From Wolbachia endosymbiont strain TRS of Brugia malayi (GTDB lineage: Bacteria > Pseudomonadota > Alphaproteobacteria > Rickettsiales > Anaplasmataceae): a DNA stretch of 32,000 nucleotides. Where the stretch lies: NCBI RefSeq assembly GCF_000008385.1, contig NC_006833.1, forward strand, positions 900,001 to 932,000, given 5' to 3'. The position numbers were made by a program, and so were the translations under genes. Numbering within the stretch: the stretch's first letter is position 1; each line of letters starts with the position of its first letter. Under the pieces are notes generated by a model that saw nothing but the letters and a program-made list of their open reading frames with translations, was not told the DNA's origin and searched no databases. This document shows, in pieces, positions 12,290 through 21,439 of this stretch.

Positions 12290-14340
12290 CAATCAGCCTA
12301 CTATGGTTGCTTGCATATCCCTAAACAGATGTAACATGGCCTGTATTGTTCACTATTCTACCATTATTTATCAATTCTAGAGCTCTTCTTAAAACTTTTC
12401 TTCTTTGCCTGCCTTTTGTGTTCTAATCTAGTTATCCCCCGCACCTAGCTCGTGAATATTTGCCACTCCCGCTTCTAAATCAATCACTTAGTATTTTATC
12501 AAGTAGCTCAACAGCACCCCCATAGCTTTTCTTTATCATCTGCCATTAATCTGGAAAAATTTCTTCTATATAAATCTTATCATGAGCAAAATAAGCCATG
12601 ATATCCCAAATTTCTGTAGTTTGCTTTCCACGTCCTCTGTTGCTCTTCATCTTATCACGTGTAATATTCCATATCGTTAACTTCTCGGATATGATTAATG
12701 TCACTTTTATAATTTCTTCTTCTTGCAAATAAACATTTTGTTTCTTCAAATGACTTCTTTCTTTGCTGCTTATATTTTTCAAAATAACCACTGAACTTCT
12801 TTAATTCGTCCTGCTCATCTTCATTTTAAATATATGCAACCGCTAGTCCCAAAGCTAATGAAAAAGACTTTTCTAGTTTAATCTTTTTTCTCTTCCATCG
12901 CAAAAGTCATTCTCTACATCTAGGACTCTCTCAAAAAATTATAAAACCTCTGTTTCCTCGAATTTATCAAACCATATTTCCTCTATCTCTTCTGCTGTTT
13001 TACTATTTTCCACTTTTCACTGCAGGAAGTGATAAAAACATAAGGCTTTCCCCAATTAGGACGCTGTGAACACAAAAAGGGTAGTAAAAATTTACTAATA
13101 CCCTTATATCCTCTAACATTACCAAAAACAAACAGGCTCATTCTTCCTACAAAAAAAGTATATATTTTTTCAACAACATTTTTTATCGCCTTTGTGCTTC
13201 TACGTTCATCTGTAGCAGAAACTCCTAGTCTTTATATATCTAGCTAGATCCAAGAAAGACTCTTTTATACTTTTAGGATCCTTAGAATCTATAAATATAA
13301 CATTGCCATCGTAACATTCCTTATAGTTGTAAGCATATTTCTTGACAAATTCAGTTTTATCTACCCCATCTAGATCTTTAATAACAACCATCTGCCTCGC
13401 ACTTTTTTGAAATCCACAACGCACAGCATTTAATTCATTACTCTCCCAACAAAATCATCTACTGGGTCCATCACATTATGCCAAATAGGTGTTTTTAAGA
13501 CTTCTCCTCTTATTTTTTCAAGAAGAGCTTTTACTTGCTCGTGTGATAGAAACTCCTCTTCTTCTTTTTCCATCAAAGTCAGTACTTCTTCCTGATAACC
13601 CGCTGCAAAAGTGCTTAGCATCAGTATTGCTGAACTCCTTGCCCAGCTCACCCTTAATAATCTTACTCAGCTCAGTTCCGCTTGACAAAAATCGACTGCA
13701 AATACTAATCTATCTTAAAAGTCTTATTTCCTTATTGCTGACTTCTCTAACTACCTTACACCTTATAAAACCCTTATTTTCTGCAAGTATGAGATAATAC
13801 TATTATCAAATTTATATCTTACACCACTACCTACATCCAGAAACTCATTTTGAGCGTTTACTTTTATAACTGAAATTTCCTTTCCTTTATTCTTCCACTT
13901 GACATTATTCTCAGCTTTCTTACTGGACGCAGTAATCAAATCTGTGGAATCAAAATCAGTGTTGTAATAATGACAAAATCTTCTATTTCACCCCCAAATT
14001 CTCCATTTACTTTTGATCTTCAAATAAGCAATGAGATAGTTTTATTAAACCAAACGCACCACCCTTTCCCTGCGCTAGTAATTCACCTATTCTGATCTTT
14101 TTGTTCCTATCCTTTTTCTGTGCTTGATTTGTATGAGCTTATGTGCTATTCTTCCGTCTTGTTCATAACAAAGAACAATATTATTGAAACCCTTAGCTGA
14201 CTTTTTCTCTGCAAATAGGAAAAAAGAATACTCCCTATCTACTGCATGTCTAGGAAATAACATTAGCTATCTTGCTTGATACATAATATTAGAAAAGATA
14301 TGCTTAACCACTGAGTAGGATAATTTTTCAGGTACTCCTC
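12290..14340 (-). pseudogene. STAND NTPase pseudogene: nuclease-like N-terminal region plus NB-ARC ATPase (possibly once contiguous with the downstream ankyrin array)
   Basis: Ordered minus-strand motifs:
- 'FLFAEKKSAKGFNNIVLCYEQDGRIAHKLIQIKH' (14215-14120)
- 'DDFVGR' (13459-13442)
- degenerate P-loop 'VVIKDLDGVDKTEF' (13379-13353; canonical GxGGxGKT with Gly to Asp changes)
- Walker B-like 'LFVFGNV' (13135-13115)
- 'YVFITS'
- 'FSLALGLAVAYI' (about 12864-12829; GLPLAL-type)
- 'WDIMAYFAHDKIYIEEIF'
- 'ANIHELGAG' (12460-12436; MHxLVQ-type)
More than a dozen stops or frameshifts are present. Only ORF fragments 12546-12791, 13206-13424 and 13430-13651 stay open. Confidence 0.7.
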
Positions 14341-14477
14341 AACCTCACACTATTTTACAAATAGTACCTATAAATGGTAAAAAAGTAATAAATCTATATG
14401 TCATGACATGCATATACCATAGTATGGATCTGAGAATATCTACAAGACGTACTGCCAATGCAAATAAAAAGGCGCAA

Positions 14478-15902
14478 CTAACTGCTCAATTTTTCACTCA
14501 AAATAAAGTTCACGACATCAGGGCTAGCTTTTCCTTTGGTAAGTTTCATGACTTCGCCAACAAAGAATCCGTATAGTTTTGTTTTACCATTTTGGTATTC
14601 TTGAACCTTATCTTGGTTGTCATTGATGATTTTGTCAATAATTTCTGATATTTGACCTTTATCGGTTATTTGCTTCAGGTCCTGCTCTTTTATGATCAAA
14701 GATGCTGGCTTGCCAGTTTCAAACATAATATCAAAAACTTGCTTGCCAAGCCTAGCAGAGATCGTTCCATCAACGATAAAATCTAAGAGTTCGGATAAGG
14801 CATTTGCTTTAATTGGGGAGCTCACAATATCAATACCCGCTTTATTCAAACGACCGAAAAGCTCTACAGTTAGCCAAGTAACAGCAAGTTTTGAATCGTG
14901 CTTTTTTATCAACTCCTCAAAATAGTTAGCAATTGCTTTATCAGAAGTGATGACATCAGCATCGTATTTGTTGATACTTAATTCTCTAATGTATCGTAGC
15001 TTTTTTTGATCTGGCAATTCGGGCAAAGATGATCTAATAGAATCAATTTTATCCTGGCTTATCTCAACAGGCAGTAAATCAGGTTCAGGAAAATACCTAT
15101 AATCACTCGCATCCTCTTTGTTTCGCATTACTTTTGTTTTTCCTAAAGAAACATCAAACAACAAGGTATCTTGACTTATTTTCTCGCCACTTTCCAAAAT
15201 TTCAATTTGCCTTTGTATTTCATAATCTATAGCTTGCATAATATAACATATTGAGTTTAGGTTTTTTATCTCGCAGCGGGTGCCGAATGTGCTACTGCCT
15301 TTTGGGCGAACAGAAACATTTGCATCACAACGAAGCGACCCCTTTTCCATATCACCATCACATGAGCCAATGTAACGCAAAATCTGCCTCAACTTTTTCA
15401 TGAATTCCGCAGCTTCCTCAGATGAACGAAGATCCGGCTCCGAGACAATTTCCATTAGAGCAACCCCTGCACGATTTAAATCTACATAAGTTTTGCTCTC
15501 TTCATGAATGCTTTTTCCTGCATCTTGCTCTAGATGAATTCTTGCGATTCTTACTTCTTTTTTATTATTATTGATAAATATTCTACCATTTTTAACTATT
15601 GGCTCAAAAAACTGAGTTATTTGATAACCTTGCGGTAAATCAGGGTAAAAATAATTTTTCCGATCAAAGTAAGAGCTCTTATTAATTTCCGCAGAAAGTG
15701 CAAGACCAGTGCGTATTGCCTGCTCTATAGAGTAGTAGTTCAGTATTGGTAGTGTACCTGGCATTGCTGCATCAACCAGAGAAACTTGAGTGTTATGTTC
15801 AGCGCCAAACTCAGTTGATGAGCTAGAAAATAGCTTTGTCTTAGAAGAAACTTGAGCGTGCACCTCAAGCCCAATTACCGCTTCCCAATCCCCTTTTGTC
15901 AT
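14478..15902 (-). CDS. gatB: Aspartyl/glutamyl-tRNA(Asn/Gln) amidotransferase subunit B
   Basis: 474-aa ORF '[18 protein letters not shown]', '[18 protein letters not shown]', 'HLEQDAGKS', '[17 protein letters not shown]' and '[10 protein letters not shown]'. Confidence 0.95.
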   Translation of the reverse strand: MTKGDWEAVIGLEVHAQVSSKTKLFSSSSTEFGAEHNTQVSLVDAAMPGTLPILNYYSIEQAIRTGLALSAEINKSSYFDRKNYFYPDLPQGYQITQFFEPIVKNGRIFINNNKKEVRIARIHLEQDAGKSIHEESKTYVDLNRAGVALMEIVSEPDLRSSEEAAEFMKKLRQILRYIGSCDGDMEKGSLRCDANVSVRPKGSSTFGTRCEIKNLNSICYIMQAIDYEIQRQIEILESGEKISQDTLLFDVSLGKTKVMRNKEDASDYRYFPEPDLLPVEISQDKIDSIRSSLPELPDQKKLRYIRELSINKYDADVITSDKAIANYFEELIKKHDSKLAVTWLTVELFGRLNKAGIDIVSSPIKANALSELLDFIVDGTISARLGKQVFDIMFETGKPASLIIKEQDLKQITDKGQISEIIDKIINDNQDKVQEYQNGKTKLYGFFVGEVMKLTKGKASPDVVNFILSEKLSS

Positions 15903-16261
15903 GTATTTGATTCAAATGATAATCCTAATATTCTGCAAAATTAGCACAACAAGTCAAAACAAAACTCACGTTTTTATATTTCATCTTAACTTTTTAACCT
16001 AATGTTTAAGCGCAGTGCGTACTAAAAATACAAAAAATTACTTAACAAATCTCACTAGCCCCCATAGTACTAAAGGTATTCAGTTATCTTCAATCTGTGC
16101 AGATTAAAATGACAAAGTATTACATAATTGACGTCTATGTTTAATTTTTTACACTATATGTATCTTACGTCTTCATAACATTTCTAGGTTCTTACCTATA
16201 TAAGCTGAAACTCGCTTATAAAGCGTTTTAGACAGTATATATGTCAATTCGCAGGATTAGA

Positions 16262-16335
16262 GAGTAAACACTATCTACCACGGAATATCTTTTGCTTTTT
16301 TTACTTAGTAAATTTCTTAATAATTTATAACTACC
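16262..16335 (+). repeat. Dispersed intergenic repeat, copy 1 (partner at 28187-28258, same orientation)
   Basis: 16282-16331 is ggaatatcttttgctttttttacttagtaaatttcttaataatttataac. 28208-28257 is gggaatcttttgcctttttttatttggtaagtttcttaatatttatagcc. Identity by eye is about 85% with small indels. The upstream flanks agagtaaacactatctaccacgg and atagtaaataaccagctaacaggg also align. Confidence 0.6.
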
Positions 16336-16339
16336 GTTA

Positions 16340-16455
16340 CCTCGCAGCAGGATCCAAAAATACTGCAAAGCATGATGAGAGATTGCCATTTCAGCGTGTT
16401 GGATCCAAGTGTCGGGGTACTTAGATGACAGAAAAGGGACTCTGGGATGACACTA
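16340..16455. repeat. Short, relatively GC-rich element with inverted GGATCC-containing arms, reminiscent of the small interspersed repeats of Wolbachia genomes
   Basis: ggatccaa (16351-16358) and ttggatcc (16399-16406) are inverted 8-mers. They are followed by gtgtcggggtacttagatgacagaaaagggactctgggatgacac. The 'gggatgacac' and 'gatgacag' strings resemble, from memory only, a repeat family common in Wolbachia intergenic DNA. Confidence 0.3.
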
Positions 16456-16599
16456 TCCTTCTAATAGTATACTAGCAACTGTTAGGCCTTACTAAAAAAT
16501 AAAGAGAAATATGAAAGCCCTATATCTTCTCACATCAAAAGAACTTGCTTTTTGACATGAATAATTATATATTTTTAATAAATTAGAGTTGTATACAAA

Positions 16600-17472
16600 A
16601 TGAAGAGCTTAAAGGAATTATCCTTAAGAATTAAGAATATTAGGTCTGTACAGAAAACTACGAAGATAATGCAAATGGTTTCTGCAGCAAAGTTATTACA
16701 GAGTCAAAAAAAGTTATCAAATTCAAAACTGTATATATCCAAGCTGCATGACATTATTTCTTCAATAATGTCATCCGCTGACCAGGAATTACTGGCAAAA
16801 ATTTTCACCACTGGCGATAACGATTCTTATCTAGTGTTTATCATTGCATCTGATCGTGGCTTATGCGGCAGTTTTAATTCCTCTATTGCAAAATCTAGCC
16901 AAGAGTATGTAAATAAATTGATTGCGAGTAGCAAAAAAGTAGATATTGTATTTCTTGGTAAAAAAGCTTTTGATATAGGTAAAAATAGATTCGACTCTAA
17001 AAGCATTTTAAAAATTGAAAACAGTAAGGGGATCACGCTAAAGCGTGTAGAAGCTTTAGTTGACAGTATGGATCTCAGTAAATATGATAGGATTAAAGTT
17101 TTCTATAATAAATTTTACAATACCTTCACACAGAAGCCAATGTTGGAAACGATAAAACCATGGAGTAAAAGCTCATCTTTGATTGATGACTATCTGACCA
17201 ATTCAACAATAGACTACAACTATAAATATGAACCACAAAATACTGAATTTATCTTACGATCTTTGATTCAAAATTACGTTGTAACTGCCCTTTACTCTGC
17301 TTTACTTGAAAGTGCAGCGAGTGAGAATAGTGCTAGAATGGCTGCTATGGAATCGGCTAATAGAAACACTAAGGAAATGCTGAATAAGTTGGCATTGCTT
17401 TACAATTGTTCTCGTCAAGCAGCGATTACAACTGACTTGATCGAAGTGATAGGTGGTGCAGAATCTTTGTAG
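16600..17472 (+). CDS. atpG: F0F1 ATP synthase gamma subunit (not flanked by other atp genes)
   Basis: 290-aa ORF '[32 protein letters not shown]', '[11 protein letters not shown]' and C-terminal '[41 protein letters not shown]'. Confidence 0.93.
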   Translation: MKSLKELSLRIKNIRSVQKTTKIMQMVSAAKLLQSQKKLSNSKLYISKLHDIISSIMSSADQELLAKIFTTGDNDSYLVFIIASDRGLCGSFNSSIAKSSQEYVNKLIASSKKVDIVFLGKKAFDIGKNRFDSKSILKIENSKGITLKRVEALVDSMDLSKYDRIKVFYNKFYNTFTQKPMLETIKPWSKSSSLIDDYLTNSTIDYNYKYEPQNTEFILRSLIQNYVVTALYSALLESAASENSARMAAMESANRNTKEMLNKLALLYNCSRQAAITTDLIEVIGGAESL

Positions 17473-17489
17473 AAATCTCAGGGATAAAA

Positions 17490-18824
17490 ATGAATATATT
17501 AAATATCGCAGCAGACATAATTAAACTAATAAAAAAGCAAAACCAAGACGCAGAGGTTGCAATATATGAAACTAACAAAATCTTCGTTTCCCAACGTCTA
17601 TCAAAAATTGAACAAATATCACAATCTAAGAATTGTACTATAGGAATTAGAGCTATAGCAGGTAAAACCAAAGCTGCGTATATTTCTACAAACGATTTAA
17701 ATAATCTTAGTGACATGGTAAGCAAAGTAGTAGAAATGGCAAAGAATGCACAAGAGGATCCTTACATTAATTTTGCTATAGATAGAGATAATTGTACCTA
17801 CTCTACAGGCTTAGGTATCTTAGATAATAATGTTGTAACTATTGATAATCTAAAAGAAATTGTCGAAGTTGCAGAAAACTCAGCTCTTGCGCATAAAAAT
17901 ATTATTAATTCTGAAGGAGCCTCTTCTTCACATGTTTTAGTAAATACAGTATTATCTACTGTTTCTGGTTTTATCGGCTCATTTAGTAAATCAACCTTTG
18001 CTAATCAGGTCTCTGTTGTCGCTGGAGAGGGAAGTGAGATGAAGATTGGCTATGACTACGATATAGCATGTAACTTCGGCGATTTAAAATCGCCAGAGTT
18101 AATAGGGAAAGAAGCAGCAAAAAGGGCAATTGATCAATTGAATTCACGCACGATTAAAACTGGTAAATTTCCAGTTATTTTTGAAAAAAGAGCAGCAAAA
18201 GAGCTAGTAAGAAATTTTGCTTCTGCTATAAACGGTAGCAGCATTGCGAATGACAGCTCTTTCTTGAGAAATAGTTTAAATACTCATATTTTCAACAATA
18301 GAATCAACATTATTGATGACCCATTGTTACCAAGGGGCATAGAATCAAGACCATTTGATGGAGAAGGAATAACTAGCAGGAAAAATACGTTTGTAAAAAA
18401 CGGAATACTACAAAATTGGATTCTGGATCTATACTCGGCTAAAAAGTTAAACTTGGAAACAACTGGAAATGCAACTCGTGCAAGTAATGCTGCAATCATT
18501 CCTGCAGCTAGTAACTTCTACGTCGAAAATGGTAATATATCACTTAAAGAATTAATTGAGGAAGTGAAAGAGGGAGTATATATAACTGATTTATTTAGCT
18601 TTGGTGTTAATTTAATTAATGGTGATTATAGTCAAGGTGCATCAGGATTTTTTATAGAAAATGGTAAAATAACGTATCCAATACACGAGATTACTGTTGC
18701 TAGCAATTTAAAAGACATGTTTAGCAACTTAGTCGTTGCGGACGATTTAACCTTCTGTGGGCAATTTAATTCACCAACGATTAAAGTTAGTGAAATGACA
18801 GTTGCAGGCTCGCTTAACAATTAG
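17490..18824 (+). CDS. pmbA: TldD/PmbA-family metalloprotease (PmbA/TldE-like)
   Basis: 444-aa ORF with the family C-terminal signature 'GNATRAS.....PAASNFYVENG', 'GVYITDL.....NLINGDYSQGASGFFIENGKI' and 'TVASNL.DMF'. Confidence 0.8.
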   Translation: MNILNIAADIIKLIKKQNQDAEVAIYETNKIFVSQRLSKIEQISQSKNCTIGIRAIAGKTKAAYISTNDLNNLSDMVSKVVEMAKNAQEDPYINFAIDRDNCTYSTGLGILDNNVVTIDNLKEIVEVAENSALAHKNIINSEGASSSHVLVNTVLSTVSGFIGSFSKSTFANQVSVVAGEGSEMKIGYDYDIACNFGDLKSPELIGKEAAKRAIDQLNSRTIKTGKFPVIFEKRAAKELVRNFASAINGSSIANDSSFLRNSLNTHIFNNRINIIDDPLLPRGIESRPFDGEGITSRKNTFVKNGILQNWILDLYSAKKLNLETTGNATRASNAAIIPAASNFYVENGNISLKELIEEVKEGVYITDLFSFGVNLINGDYSQGASGFFIENGKITYPIHEITVASNLKDMFSNLVVADDLTFCGQFNSPTIKVSEMTVAGSLNN

Positions 18825-18999
18825 AAAATTTAGTTGCATCAAGTATAACAATTATGTATTATGGTTATGTAATGTTAATGGTAGACTATGGAATATGGAA
18901 GCTTAGTTTTAACAACTGAGCTTCAAGCATTCTTAATTTTAATTTCAAAGTTTTTCACCACATTAGTAGTATTAGTTAATAATTTTAGGAGTTGTTTCA

Positions 19000-19254
19000 A
19001 TGGAATTCGGTAATATAAAGTGGTTTAATGCTGAAAAAGGTTATGGCTTTATCAAGCCAGAAGCTAATGGAAATGATATTTTTGTACATATCAGTACGCT
19101 AGAACGTTCAGGAATAAGACCTGATTCACTCAGAGGAGAAAACAAGGAAAAGGGAATAAAAGGAGAAAGAGTAAGCTATGAGCTCAAAGAGGAGCGCGGT
19201 AGAAATGGAGAAGGAAAAAAATTTGCAATAAATTTGAAATTGTTAGAAGATTAA
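19000..19254 (+). CDS. Cold-shock domain protein (CspA family) with an internal Lys/Glu/Gly-rich insertion
   Basis: 84-aa ORF 'GNIKWFNAEKGYGFIKPEANGNDIFVHISTLERSG' carrying RNP1 (KGYGFI) and RNP2 (DIFVH). An aggag RBS lies about 10 nt upstream. Confidence 0.9.
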   Translation: MEFGNIKWFNAEKGYGFIKPEANGNDIFVHISTLERSGIRPDSLRGENKEKGIKGERVSYELKEERGRNGEGKKFAINLKLLED

Positions 19255-19297
19255 TTCGCATTTTGATGATAAAAGTTCTTAGTAAAGCTGATATATT

Positions 19298-20524
19298 GTG
19301 AACAGCTTTTATGAAATGGGTCTCCCACTATTGCTTGCGCAAGCTCTAGATAAAAATAGTTTTTCTGTTCCAACTCCAGTTCAAGCACAGGCAATTCCCT
19401 TAGCTCTAAAGGGTAAAGATATTCTTGGATCTGCCCAAACGGGAACTGGAAAAACTTTGGCATTTGCTATTCCGTTAATTGCTAAGTTATTAGGTGAGCC
19501 TAACGCTAGTACAGCTTTGGTTATTGTACCAACCAGAGAGCTTGCGCAGCAGGTAACGAATGAAATAGGGAAGCTTTTGTTAAAAAACTCCGTGCTAAAG
19601 ATTGCCTTATTGATTGGTGGTGAGCCCATTTTCAGGCAGCTAAATCAGCTTCAGAGAAGGCCACGAATTGTAATAGGTACTCCTGGCCGTATTATAGATC
19701 ATATTGAGCGTAAAACTTTGATTACTAACAATGTCAGCACTCTTGTACTTGATGAAGTGGATCGTATGTTTGATATGGGTTTCGGAATTCAAATTGAAGG
19801 GATCATGAAATATCTCCCAAAAATGCGGCAAAACCTTATGTTTTCTGCAACTCTTCCTGGTGATATAGTTAAGCTTGCTGAGAAGTACTCGAACCAGCCA
19901 GAACGTGTTTCTGTTGAGAATGAAGCAACAACTTCTGTAAAAATCAAGCAAGAAATTATTTATGCATCAGAGTCAGAAAAGTATGGAAAGCTTGTTACAC
20001 AATTATATCAGCGTAAAGGATCGATCATTGTTTTTGTCAGGACAAAGCAAAGAGCAGATCAACTAGCTTACAAATTGCGCAAGGATAACCATAGTGCTTT
20101 GGCAATTCATGGTGACTTGAAGCAGCGCAAGCGCAAGAGGGTTATTAACTCTTTTCGTCGTGGTCACAATCAAATTATGGTTGCAACAGATGTTGCTTCT
20201 CGAGGTCTTGATATTCCTCACATCCAACATGTTATCAATTATGACGCACCGGAATCGCAAGCTAACTATATTCATCGCACAGGTAGAACTGCACGCGCTG
20301 GAGCTGAAGGGTACGCACTGTCCTTTATTACATCTCAGGATAAAAAAAGGCTGCCTACACTGACAGATAAAAAAGGAGAGCTAAATTTTGATTGTAATGT
20401 GCAATTTAAGAAATGTAGCAGTAAAAAGGTTTCTAGAAGGCCAAGTGCACTAAAAATTAAGTATGGTAGAAAAAAGACTAGTACTTTTAAAAAGAAAAGC
20501 ACAGTACTAGAGAAAATATATTAA
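19298..20524 (+). CDS. DEAD-box ATP-dependent RNA helicase (RhlE-like)
   Basis: 408-aa ORF with a GTG start. It has a Q-motif region 'PTPVQAQAIP', motif I 'AQTGTGKT', Ia 'PTRELA', II 'DEVD' (a variant of DEAD), III 'SAT', VI 'HRTGRTARAG' and a basic C-terminal tail. Confidence 0.92.
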   Translation: MNSFYEMGLPLLLAQALDKNSFSVPTPVQAQAIPLALKGKDILGSAQTGTGKTLAFAIPLIAKLLGEPNASTALVIVPTRELAQQVTNEIGKLLLKNSVLKIALLIGGEPIFRQLNQLQRRPRIVIGTPGRIIDHIERKTLITNNVSTLVLDEVDRMFDMGFGIQIEGIMKYLPKMRQNLMFSATLPGDIVKLAEKYSNQPERVSVENEATTSVKIKQEIIYASESEKYGKLVTQLYQRKGSIIVFVRTKQRADQLAYKLRKDNHSALAIHGDLKQRKRKRVINSFRRGHNQIMVATDVASRGLDIPHIQHVINYDAPESQANYIHRTGRTARAGAEGYALSFITSQDKKRLPTLTDKKGELNFDCNVQFKKCSSKKVSRRPSALKIKYGRKKTSTFKKKSTVLEKIY

Positions 20525-20678
20525 TATATTAACCATCTTTTCCATTCTTAAAAAACCTCAGAGTAAAAAAAATGCTTTAGAAAATTGAGGGACCATAAAC
20601 CTACCTGCTGGATACTTTGTTACTAAAGAAGAGTTCAAGGAGATAAATCAAAACTCAGTGGCTTTTTCTATAAATCTA

Positions 20679-21229
20679 CTAACTATTGCTCAATGCAATT
20701 TTATAACTCGCATTGGTGAAAGTTGGTACAGCAACTATGGCAGTGTCTACTATTAAAATTCTTTTTCCTAAACTTAATTTCTGATAAAATTTATCAGCAA
20801 GGTTAAGTTCATCATGTGAAAAACCATTTTCATGATCAACAATAATAGCAATATTCCTTTTGTTTTTTAGAACTTCATTGGAAGATTTTTCCTACCCTGC
20901 TTTATCACACAAGATAAAACTTCTATTCGAGAGTCAGGTAAATCATGGAAATTAACAGGAGGTAAAACCTCTGGCACACTTATTCTGCAACATTGTTCTG
21001 CAGTTTCGATTGCCTGTAATTTTGCTCTATTCAGATTAATATTCTTTACCACTGTATGTTCCGTTAAAATGAATTGAATACATGTTGCCTCCATTTCACA
21101 GTGGCTTGTTTTATTACATTGCTTAGAGTAGTATTTTTTACTATAGCACAATACCTTCTATTGAAGGTTAGTCTACCAGAAAGACTACCATTTGCAAGCT
21201 GAAGATTGACCCACACTTAGCTCCTTGAA
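20679..21229 (-). pseudogene. rsmE: 16S rRNA (m3U1498) methyltransferase RsmE pseudogene, frameshifted and 5'-truncated
   Basis: Minus-strand pieces lie in three frames: 'VNLQLANGSLSGRLTFNRRYCAIVKNTT', ORF 20867-21151 with 'ILTEHTVVK....KLQAIETAEQCCRISVPEV' (the RsmE ExxEQxxRxxxPxI motif), and after a frameshift 'NIAIIVDHENGFSHDEL......LSLGKRILIVDTA' (versus canonical IGPEGGFS...LGxRILRxETA). The expected 25-35 N-terminal residues are missing because tRNA-Glu starts at 21230. Confidence 0.65.
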
Positions 21230-21301
21230 TGACTCTTACGGGATTTGAACCCGTGTTACCACCGTGAAAGGGTGATGTCCTAACCACTAGACGAAAGAGT
21301 C
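21230..21301 (-). tRNA. tRNA-Glu (anticodon UUC), CCA not encoded
   Basis: The rc reads GACTCTT TC GTCT AGTGGTTAGGAC A TCACC CTTTCAC GGTGG TAACAC GGGTTCAAATCCCGT AAGAGTC A. The acceptor, anticodon and T stems pair. Confidence 0.88.
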
Positions 21302-21439
21302 AATGTGAATTAACTAAGTTATATTGATTATGCGTAAGAAGTCAATTCAATTATTTTAAAGCACAAACACCCTTTTCTATTCCACATTCAATATTCACGA
21401 ATTTACTTTAGAATTAGAAGTTTTAGGTTTTATTCTTAA

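Noticed and set aside
16520-16532. 13-mer ctatatcttctca shared with 27744-27756
   Set aside because: A single 13-mer match is within chance expectation for a 32-kb AT-rich window.
3522-20363. Numerous 60-100-aa antisense ORFs inside nrdA, coxC, gatB, atpG, pmbA, the helicase and others (for example 3522-3731, 4876-5100, 6997-7215, 14692-14925, 16827-17036, 17426-17725, 18284-18499, 19381-19629, 19640-19951, 20063-20275, 20160-20363)
   Set aside because: All sit opposite well-supported genes, are low-complexity, and lack start-site context. They are shadow ORFs.
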